From Campylobacterales bacterium (lineage in GTDB: Bacteria > Campylobacterota > Campylobacteria > Campylobacterales > Sulfurimonadaceae): DNA of 11,663 nucleotides. Positions within the stretch are counted from its first letter, which is position 1. Each line of letters begins with the position of its first letter. Under the pieces are notes generated by a model that was not told the DNA's origin, ran no database searches, and saw nothing but the letters and a program-made list of their open reading frames with translations. Shown here in pieces: positions 1-6,005 of the stretch. Made by a program: the position numbers and the translations under genes. The stretch lies in contig JBBRBK010000062.1 in NCBI GenBank assembly GCA_038205935.1, forward strand, positions 1-11,663. The letters are read 5' to 3'.

Positions 1-462
1 AAAATCAGAAATAGTTGATGGAATGAGAGTATAAAGATAGTTTCTTAGATGTTTTGCCAAAGCCGGGGAAGCCCCTGATGTTGAGATGGCAATAGTGAGG
101 TCATCTTTTTTAATATAAGAGGGGAAAATGAAATCACAATAAGCTGTTGAGTCAACTGAATTACATAGACAGTTGTACTGTTTTGATTCTAAAAAAATCT
201 CAGCTTGTAAGGGGATGTCATCCACGGCCACTATCACAATAGAAAAACCACTGATGTCTCCTTTTTGATACATACGCTCTTTACATGTAAGCCTATTTTG
301 ACCAATCAAAGCAAGCATCTCTTTTGAATAAGATTTTGCGATAATCTCAATATCTTGAGTAAAATCTAAGAGATGTTCCAGCTTTTCATAGGCGACTTTT
401 CCTCCGCCGACAATTAAGATCTTTTGTTGATCTAGCTTTATAAAAGCTGGAAAATAACTCAT
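1..462 (-). CDS. sirC: Precorrin-2 dehydrogenase / sirohydrochlorin ferrochelatase (SirC/Met8p/CysG-B family), 3' end outside the window
   Basis: Manual translation from ATG (complement 460-462): MSYFPAFIKLDQQKILIVGGGKVAYEKLEHLLDF...CNSVDSTAYCDFIFPSYIKKDDLTIAISTSGASPALAK, open to the window edge. The Rossmann GGGxVA, NxVD, CDFxFP and IAISTxGxSP motifs are characteristic of this family. AAGGA RBS upstream. Not in the ORF track. Confidence 0.92.
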   Translation of the reverse strand, partial: MSYFPAFIKLDQQKILIVGGGKVAYEKLEHLLDFTQDIEIIAKSYSKEMLALIGQNRLTCKERMYQKGDISGFSIVIVAVDDIPLQAEIFLESKQYNCLCNSVDSTAYCDFIFPSYIKKDDLTIAISTSGASPALAKHLRNYLYTLIPSTISDF

Positions 463-540
463 ACTAAAATCCTTTTTCAAAAATATAACTCCATCATTAA
501 CTGATATAGATAGCATATCTAAAAGAATGAGATTTTTGGC

Positions 541-554
541 TTGACCCAAATCAA
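541..554. promoter_or_regulatory. Crp/Fnr-family (Fnr/Dnr/Nss-type) box TTGAC-CCAA-ATCAA in the sirC/nirDL divergent intergenic region
   Basis: Matches TTGAY-N4-RTCAA. TACAAT (577-582) lies 22 nt downstream, which centres the box at about -41.5 if transcription starts near 589. Confidence 0.85.
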
Positions 555-576
555 CATATATAATTTTAAAAGATAT

Positions 577-582
577 TACAAT
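577..582 (+). promoter_or_regulatory. -10 element (TACAAT) of the nirDL operon promoter
   Basis: 5/6 match to TATAAT, class II spacing from the box at 541-554, 31 nt before the ATG at 614. Confidence 0.65.
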
Positions 583-613
583 TACTTACAAATCCAAAAA
601 AAGATGTAAAATT

Positions 614-1627
614 ATGATGAAACAAGAGATATTATCAAGAATACAAAAGTCGTTTCCTTTGGTAGCAAAGCCATTTTTGGTTCTTGCAGAAGATTTAGGC
701 ATGGATGAAGAGGAAGTCCTCTCTATTTTAAATAAAGAAAAAGAAAGTAGAATTATCCGTCAGACATCGGCAATCTTTGACACAAAAAGGCTAGGTTATA
801 CATCTTCTTTAGTTGCCTTTAAAATAGCAAAAGATGATATGGATGAAGCGGTAGCTCTTCTAAATTCACATCCAGGAATTTCACATAACTATGAACGAAA
901 TCATGATTTTAATGTCTGGTTTACTATAGCCGTTGCTCCAAATTCAATTTTAGGACTAGAAAAAAGTATTGAAATTTTAGCTTCTTTGTCAAAAGCTCAA
1001 AGTTATATTGTTTTACCTACACTCAAACTTTTTAAAATTTCTGTTAAATTAAATACAACTGGAAATGACGAGAAAAAAGAGAAGGTAAAACAAGTGCAAC
1101 ATGTGGATATAGAGTTGACTCCACTCCATCATGCAATTATTAGAGAAATACAGTATGACATCGAGTTTGTTAGTGAGCCTTTTAAAAAGATTATAGAAAA
1201 GCTTGAAATTGATTATGAAACTTTTTTCGCAATTTTAGAAGAGTTGCAAAATTCAGGTATTATGAGACGCTTTGCATCTATACTCAACCATCGTAAAGCT
1301 GGGTTTAGTGCCAATGCTATGGTTGTTTGGGATGTTGATGAGTCGATTGGAGATGAAGTTGGACAAAAAGCTGCAGCTTTTAGCGCTGTGAGCCACTGTT
1401 ATTTACGACCGAAGTATGAAAATTGGCCATATAACCTTTTCACTATGGTTCATGGTAAAACAACAAAGGAGACTACGAGTATCATAGAAGAGATGGCGCA
1501 AGAGATTGATGCCAAATCATATATGCCTCTTTATTCCTCTCGGGAATTTAAAAAGGTAAGAATCGAATATTTTACACCCGAGTTTGAAACTTGGGAAAAT
1601 ACTTATAAAGCAAAGGAAATAGTATGA
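614..1627 (+). CDS. nirDL: Fused siroheme decarboxylase (NirDL / AhbA-AhbB type, two Lrp/AsnC-like modules) for heme d1 biosynthesis
   Basis: Two tandem modules. The first has HPGISHNYERNHDFNVWFT (AhbA/NirD/NirG-like). The second has GFSANAMVVWDV and VSHCYLRP..NWPYNLFTMVHG (AhbB/NirL/NirH-like). Lies in a nirS cluster. Confidence 0.88.
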   Translation: MMKQEILSRIQKSFPLVAKPFLVLAEDLGMDEEEVLSILNKEKESRIIRQTSAIFDTKRLGYTSSLVAFKIAKDDMDEAVALLNSHPGISHNYERNHDFNVWFTIAVAPNSILGLEKSIEILASLSKAQSYIVLPTLKLFKISVKLNTTGNDEKKEKVKQVQHVDIELTPLHHAIIREIQYDIEFVSEPFKKIIEKLEIDYETFFAILEELQNSGIMRRFASILNHRKAGFSANAMVVWDVDESIGDEVGQKAAAFSAVSHCYLRPKYENWPYNLFTMVHGKTTKETTSIIEEMAQEIDAKSYMPLYSSREFKKVRIEYFTPEFETWENTYKAKEIV

Positions 1628-2010
1628 GTGATTTTTTTGAACTTGAAATTGCATATATTGTCATAGGAATCTTTTTTTTGATTATCACTGCTATTGTGAC
1701 AACACAATCGACGCTCCCAAAGGCATCTTTTAAATATGGGATGAGTGGAGTTTTTTTGATTTTTGCATTTATGATTGCGGGTCATTATGCTATGACAACG
1801 TCACGAATGAATGAAGTAAAAGAGATTTTCAATAAAGGTGGTACGATTATTTGTGAAAATAAGATGCATAAGACTATTTCACAATCTGTTTTAATTTCAA
1901 AAGCGTTGCAATGGCAACTTAAGGGTGATCTTTTTGTATCGCCGAATGTTGAGCGTGATTTTCATACCTCAAGATGTGTTGATTACGCTCCAATCGCACC
2001 AAAAAAATAG
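1624..2010 (+). CDS. Hypothetical membrane protein, 128 aa (two N-terminal TM segments, soluble C-terminal domain with two Cys)
   Basis: ATGA overlap with the nirDL stop. Hydrophobic stretches IAYIVIGIFFLIITAIV and YGMSGVFLIFAFMIAG; Cys in IICEN and SRCVD. Confidence 0.8.
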   Translation: MSDFFELEIAYIVIGIFFLIITAIVTTQSTLPKASFKYGMSGVFLIFAFMIAGHYAMTTSRMNEVKEIFNKGGTIICENKMHKTISQSVLISKALQWQLKGDLFVSPNVERDFHTSRCVDYAPIAPKK

Positions 2011-2019
2011 GGTCTTGTG

Positions 2020-2181
2020 ATGGTTGCTATATTAAAACGTTATAGTGTCGCTTTGTTGATCCTTTTGTTTGTGATTGGATTAATGCTTATTGGCACATAC
2101 CTAGTAAAAGATTTTGGTGATGAGATGTTTAAAGATAGCAATATTACAATGAAGCCAAGAGGGGAGAAAGTAGTTTTATGA
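2020..2181 (+). CDS. Small single-TM hypothetical protein, 53 aa (not in ORF track)
   Basis: MVAILKRYSVALLILLFVIGLMLIGTYLVKDFGDEMFKDSNITMKPRGEKVVL*. It fills the gap between two genes, AGGG precedes the start (in-frame GTG at 2017 is an alternative), and its TGA overlaps the next ATG (ATGA 2178-2181). Confidence 0.75.
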   Translation: MVAILKRYSVALLILLFVIGLMLIGTYLVKDFGDEMFKDSNITMKPRGEKVVL

Positions 2182-2474
2182 ATCTCTATATTTTAGTGAC
2201 AACAGGTATTGTATTAAGTATTATTTTTCATTTTATCGGCGTGTATGCAAAAGCAAAGTATATAGTTTGGGTTATGCTTGTACTCATGTGGGCGGGTTCT
2301 ATAGGCTTTGCTATGAATGAAATCTCGCCTAAAGGGTACGAATATATCAATAATATCAAGGGAAAATATGTAGAAGTCGATGCTAAAATAGACAAAGCAC
2401 TACCTCATATCTCACTTTATGAGATGCTTGAAATTAAAAAAAGTTATGATGAGCACCAAAAAGTTACGCATTAG
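2178..2474 (+). CDS. Hypothetical membrane protein, 98 aa (two N-terminal TM segments)
   Basis: GGGGAG RBS at 2161-2166, ATGA coupling to the upstream ORF, two hydrophobic helices followed by a charged tail. Confidence 0.8.
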   Translation: MNLYILVTTGIVLSIIFHFIGVYAKAKYIVWVMLVLMWAGSIGFAMNEISPKGYEYINNIKGKYVEVDAKIDKALPHISLYEMLEIKKSYDEHQKVTH

Positions 2475-3177
2475 TATTATTGGGTGTGGATGGCTAGGAA
2501 AACTGCTTTACAAGACTCTTGGTGAAAATTATCAAATTTCATGCTTTACTCGTCGAGAAGAAGAGGTAAATTTAGAAAATTATTATTACAATCCTCCAAA
2601 AGAAAGTTTATTTTGGGATTGTGATTACGCTATCGTTACAATCTCCACAAAAGATAATTATCTTGAAACTCTCAAACAAATAGCCTTACATGTAAACTCT
2701 AATGCTGTGTTAATACTGATGAGCAGTATCTCTGTCTACAGAGAATATGATTGTGAAGTCGATGAGGGTAGCCCAATAACTCAGTCAAGCAAACAGGCTG
2801 AAGCAGAACAGCTTATGCAGACGCTGCGAGACAAACTCATAATCCTCAGATTGGGTGGTCTTATGGCAGATGACCGTATTGCAGGGAAGTGGAGTAAAGT
2901 TTCTGTCTTTGAAGATGGTTTTGTAAACTATGTTCATCGCGATGATGTGATTGGTGTAGTTGAGGCGCTCTTGTCTCAAAAGAAAGAACAGGGCATCTTT
3001 AATGTTGTAGCTCCAAAACATCCGCTTCGTTCACTCGTCCATCGTAGTAATTCAAAAAAATTCGGATTTGAGTTAGGTGAATTTAAAGAGATGAGCCATA
3101 GAAAAATCTTTTCTACTGCACTAGAACGAGATATAAAATATAATTTTCGTTATTCTGATCCACTGAAATTCTGGTAA
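2446..3177 (+). CDS. NAD(P)-binding atypical SDR / epimerase-dehydratase-like protein (YeeZ-like)
   Basis: ISIIGCGWLG Rossmann motif, SSISVY, ILRLGGL, NYVHRDD and IFNVVAP fit extended/atypical SDRs. Start placed at ATG 2446 (or 2449) rather than 2419 because the Rossmann motif normally sits near the N-terminus. Confidence 0.82.
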   Translation: MMSTKKLRISIIGCGWLGKLLYKTLGENYQISCFTRREEEVNLENYYYNPPKESLFWDCDYAIVTISTKDNYLETLKQIALHVNSNAVLILMSSISVYREYDCEVDEGSPITQSSKQAEAEQLMQTLRDKLIILRLGGLMADDRIAGKWSKVSVFEDGFVNYVHRDDVIGVVEALLSQKKEQGIFNVVAPKHPLRSLVHRSNSKKFGFELGEFKEMSHRKIFSTALERDIKYNFRYSDPLKFW

Positions 3178-3242
3178 TCTCGTTTCAATCTCCTACAAGC
3201 AAATACAATCAAAAGTTAAAATATTATATTAGTTTCAATACG

Positions 3243-3256
3243 TTGACTAATGTCAA
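3243..3256. promoter_or_regulatory. Crp/Fnr-family box TTGAC-TAAT-GTCAA upstream of the nor/nir operon
   Basis: Perfect TTGAC/GTCAA inverted half-sites with a 4-nt spacer; TAGACT at 3279-3284 lies 22 nt downstream. Confidence 0.9.
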
Positions 3257-3278
3257 AGTATTTCTTTTTGAAATACAA

Positions 3279-3284
3279 TAGACT
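3279..3284 (+). promoter_or_regulatory. -10 element (TAGACT) of the nor/nir operon promoter
   Basis: TAnnnT at the same 22-nt spacing as in the other two box-bearing promoters. An alternative TACAAT lies at 3274-3279. Confidence 0.55.
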
Positions 3285-3329
3285 ACTAAATAGCAATCTA
3301 ATATTATAGATAGCAAGAGGAGGATGTAG

Positions 3330-3653
3330 ATGATTGAGTCAATGATACGACCTGAAATAGCTTTAGGTGATTTTTTACCAATCTTTGTTTCGTCAGCTTT
3401 TGTTTTAGTATTTGGGTCGTTGTATGTTGGTGTGTATACGGCAGTGAAGGTTAAAATGCTTAAAAATTGGATGATGCCTTTTGCATATCTTTTTTGGCTT
3501 TTAACTTGTTATATGCTTTATATAATGGGAAGTTTAATGCATGTAGGCGAGTTCACAGCAAAAGTATTGGTAATAGCGATGATAGGATATTTGATGCTTC
3601 CTCACGCAATCTATTATATACAGCATCAAGTTCACGAAGAACATGAACAATGA
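3330..3653 (+). CDS. Small integral membrane protein (about 3 TM, His/Glu-rich C-terminus), first gene of the nor operon; possible NorH-like subunit
   Basis: Strong GAGGAGG RBS at 3317-3323, three hydrophobic segments, ends QHQVHEEHEQ, directly upstream of norC. The NorH-like label is inference from size, topology and context only. Confidence 0.85.
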   Translation: MIESMIRPEIALGDFLPIFVSSAFVLVFGSLYVGVYTAVKVKMLKNWMMPFAYLFWLLTCYMLYIMGSLMHVGEFTAKVLVIAMIGYLMLPHAIYYIQHQVHEEHEQ

Positions 3654-3690
3654 TTTTATGTGATCTCTACAATAATACTAGGGGGAAATA

Positions 3691-4377
3691 GTGGCTAATA
3701 AATCCGTATGGAGCGACAATCGTTTCTGGAAGAGAACAGCAGCGTGGGTAACTGGATTTGCATCAATCTTGTTAATTTGGTTGACATTTGATTCGTCAGC
3801 TCAAATTTCAATGGGTAATGATACAGATTTGAAAAATGGTGTAACAAAAAGGGTTCCTGGACCTACTGTTATTAATTATAAAATCACTTATGAGATGAGT
3901 GCTAAACGTGGTCATGAAGTACCTATTATCGGTGGAAATGATGGCAAAGGCAACTCTTTATTTAAAGAAAAAGAGAAGTTTTTTGGAAGAGATGATTATA
4001 CTGAAAAAGAAGCCGGTGATTTACTGCATTTAGGTAAATTGGGAGAACAAGCTAAAAATTGTATGGATTGTCATACAATAATGGGAAATGGAGCTTACTA
4101 TGCACCAGACCTTACAAAAGCATGGTTAGATCCGGCTTGGGGACCAGAGGGTTCTATGCAGGCGATGACAGGAAAAAATACAAGAGAAGAAGCTATGGCT
4201 GAATTCTTACAACATCCAAACTTATACCCTACACATGCTCGTATGATGCCAAATCTCGGTATTACGGCACAAGAAGCTAAAGGTTTGGTTGTATTTTTGA
4301 AACAACTGTCATCTGTAGATACAAATGGTTTTCCAAGAAACTTTGGAAAAATACAAGGAGCAGTAAATGGCAAATGA
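3691..4377 (+). CDS. norC: Nitric oxide reductase cytochrome c subunit (long form)
   Basis: GTG start after AGGGGG, N-terminal TM anchor, NCMDCHTIMGNGAYYAPDLT heme c motif, RMMPNL distal Met, DTNGFP C-terminal signature; overlaps norB by 11 nt. Confidence 0.95.
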   Translation: MANKSVWSDNRFWKRTAAWVTGFASILLIWLTFDSSAQISMGNDTDLKNGVTKRVPGPTVINYKITYEMSAKRGHEVPIIGGNDGKGNSLFKEKEKFFGRDDYTEKEAGDLLHLGKLGEQAKNCMDCHTIMGNGAYYAPDLTKAWLDPAWGPEGSMQAMTGKNTREEAMAEFLQHPNLYPTHARMMPNLGITAQEAKGLVVFLKQLSSVDTNGFPRNFGKIQGAVNGK

Positions 4378-5791
4378 TTATTTGAAATCAGAATCAAAAC
4401 AGTTAGCAACATGGTACTTTACATTTGCAGCTATTTTGTTTGGTGCTCAATTGGTTTTTGGATTAATTGCAGCTATTCAGTTTGTAATGCCGAGTTTCTT
4501 ATATCAGATACTTGATTTTTCAATAGTAAGAATCATACATATTAATGCCCTTGTTGTTTGGATGGTGTTTGCAATGTTTGGTTCAGTTTACTGGCTTTTA
4601 CCTGATGAAACAGGGATTGAAACAGTTGGTATCAAGCTTGGGAAATTACTTTTCTGGGTTTTTGCAGCTGCTATAGTTGTTGTTGTTCTTGTATTTTTAT
4701 TTATACAAGTTGGACCGGCAGATCAAACTACGATCTGGTTTATTACTGAGGGACGTGAATATATTGAAGCGCCGCGTTGGGCTGACATAGGAATAGTCGT
4801 TGTTGCTCTTGGCTTTGTTGCTAACCTTTTCTTAACGGGAATGAAAGGCAAACAAACAGGTATCGTCACTGTTTTAATGGCGGATATGTTAGCGTTTTCA
4901 GGTCTTTATTTAGCAGGTATGTTCTTTACGGATAATATCTCAGTTGATCAATACTGGTGGTGGTGGGTAATTCACTTATGGGTTGAAGCTACATGGGAAG
5001 TTTTTGTTGGCGCAATTGCAGCTTACGGTTTGATCAAAATGCTTGGTGCTCATCGTCAGGTTGTTGAAATGTGGTTATGGATCGAAGTATCTATGTTATT
5101 TGGTTCAGGTATCTTAGGTATGGGCCACCATTACTTTTGGATCGGTACACCTGAATACTGGTGGGAAATTGGAGCGCTATTTAGTGCACTAGAGCCATTA
5201 CCACTAGTTGCAATGTTTGTACACGTACTTTATGATTGGGGTAAAACTCAAGGTATACAAGAGGCTCATCACGAGAAAGTTTCAGTTATTAATAACAAAC
5301 CAGCCTTTACTTGGTTTGTTCTAAATGCATTTGGTAACTTTTTAGGTGCAGGTATTTGGGGATTTTTCCACACATTACCGCAAATAAACCTTTATACACA
5401 CGGAACGCAGTTTACAGCAGCGCACGGTCACTTAGCATTCTTTGGTGCTTATGCAACTATTCTTATCGGTATGTTCTATATGGCAGTGCAAGGTAAAAAT
5501 GGTATTAAAGTAATGAAAAGCACAAAACTTTCAATCTGGTCAACGTCTATGATTGCAGGTGGTGTTATGGGAATGACTGTCGCACTTACTATTGCAGGAT
5601 ATGTCCAAGTTATAGTTGAACGTGCTCAAATGGGTGCTACATGGGGCGGTTACTTTGATGCTCAAAGTGGTGCATGGTTTGCGCAAGCTATGGATTGGAG
5701 ACTTATAATGGGTGTTATCACATTAACAGGTTTTGTATTGCTTGCAATAGATTTATTACGCACTGGAAAAAGTGCTATTCACGAAAGATAA
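4367..5791 (+). CDS. norB: Cytochrome c-dependent nitric oxide reductase catalytic subunit
   Basis: Heme-copper superfamily NOR motifs: RIIHIN, GREYIEAP, WWWWVIHLWVEATWE, GMGHHYFWIG, FSALEPLP, TAAHGHLAFFG. 474 aa, without the qNOR N-terminal extension. Confidence 0.97.
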   Translation: MANDYLKSESKQLATWYFTFAAILFGAQLVFGLIAAIQFVMPSFLYQILDFSIVRIIHINALVVWMVFAMFGSVYWLLPDETGIETVGIKLGKLLFWVFAAAIVVVVLVFLFIQVGPADQTTIWFITEGREYIEAPRWADIGIVVVALGFVANLFLTGMKGKQTGIVTVLMADMLAFSGLYLAGMFFTDNISVDQYWWWWVIHLWVEATWEVFVGAIAAYGLIKMLGAHRQVVEMWLWIEVSMLFGSGILGMGHHYFWIGTPEYWWEIGALFSALEPLPLVAMFVHVLYDWGKTQGIQEAHHEKVSVINNKPAFTWFVLNAFGNFLGAGIWGFFHTLPQINLYTHGTQFTAAHGHLAFFGAYATILIGMFYMAVQGKNGIKVMKSTKLSIWSTSMIAGGVMGMTVALTIAGYVQVIVERAQMGATWGGYFDAQSGAWFAQAMDWRLIMGVITLTGFVLLAIDLLRTGKSAIHER

Positions 5792-5801
5792 GGAGTAACA
5801 A

Positions 5802-5954
5802 ATGTTTGAGCAATTTACAGATGTAATACCAAGTTTTTTTGGTTGGTTGAATCAAGGTCCTTTGACTTTAACGATCTTTCTTCATACCTTCATAATACTT
5901 CCAATGTTTTGGATTTATTCTCAAGAGAAAAAACGTTTAGAGCAAGAAAAATAG
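5802..5954 (+). CDS. Small single-TM protein, 50 aa, between norB and nirS (not in ORF track)
   Basis: MFEQFTDVIPSFFGWLNQGPLTLTIFLHTFIILPMFWIYSQEKKRLEQEK*. AAGGAG RBS overlaps the norB stop codon; one TM helix followed by a charged tail. Confidence 0.82.
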   Translation: MFEQFTDVIPSFFGWLNQGPLTLTIFLHTFIILPMFWIYSQEKKRLEQEK

Positions 5955-5957
5955 GTG

Positions 5958-5977
5958 GCGGCCCATAATGGGCCCGC
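5958..5977 (+). terminator. GC-rich stem-loop between the nor genes and nirS (leaky terminator or mRNA stabiliser)
   Basis: GC-GGCCCA-TAA-TGGGCC-C-GC: a 6-bp stem plus 2 bp after a C bulge, followed by TTGATCTTTATTTT (interrupted U tract). Confidence 0.55.
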
Positions 5978-6005
5978 TTGATCTTTATTTTAGGAGGAAA
6001 CAAAA

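Noticed and set aside
614..1627. AsnC/Lrp transcription regulator call, as the factor binding the boxes
   Set aside because: The SHNY and SHCY..WPYNLF motifs identify a siroheme decarboxylase, and the boxes are Crp/Fnr-type.
1672..1679. T8 tract, with similar T runs near 5834 and 11528-11535, as phase-variation sites
   Set aside because: Short T runs are expected in AT-rich Phe/Leu codons and the frames are intact. Phase variation in this group typically involves long G/C tracts.
1603..1785. 60-aa minus-strand ORF
   Set aside because: Antisense to nirDL and the coupled 128-aa gene; no recognisable motif.
2419..2445. Upstream ATG for the SDR given in the ORF track
   Set aside because: Lengthens the overlap with the previous gene and adds a non-homologous extension; ATG 2446/2449 fits better.
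2785..3021. 78-aa minus-strand ORF
   Set aside because: Shadow of the SDR gene, no motif.
4098..4412. 104-aa minus-strand ORF
   Set aside because: Antisense shadow of norC/norB.
4955..4966. (TGG)4 microsatellite
   Set aside because: Encodes the conserved Trp run before the NorB HLWVE motif; Trp has a single codon.
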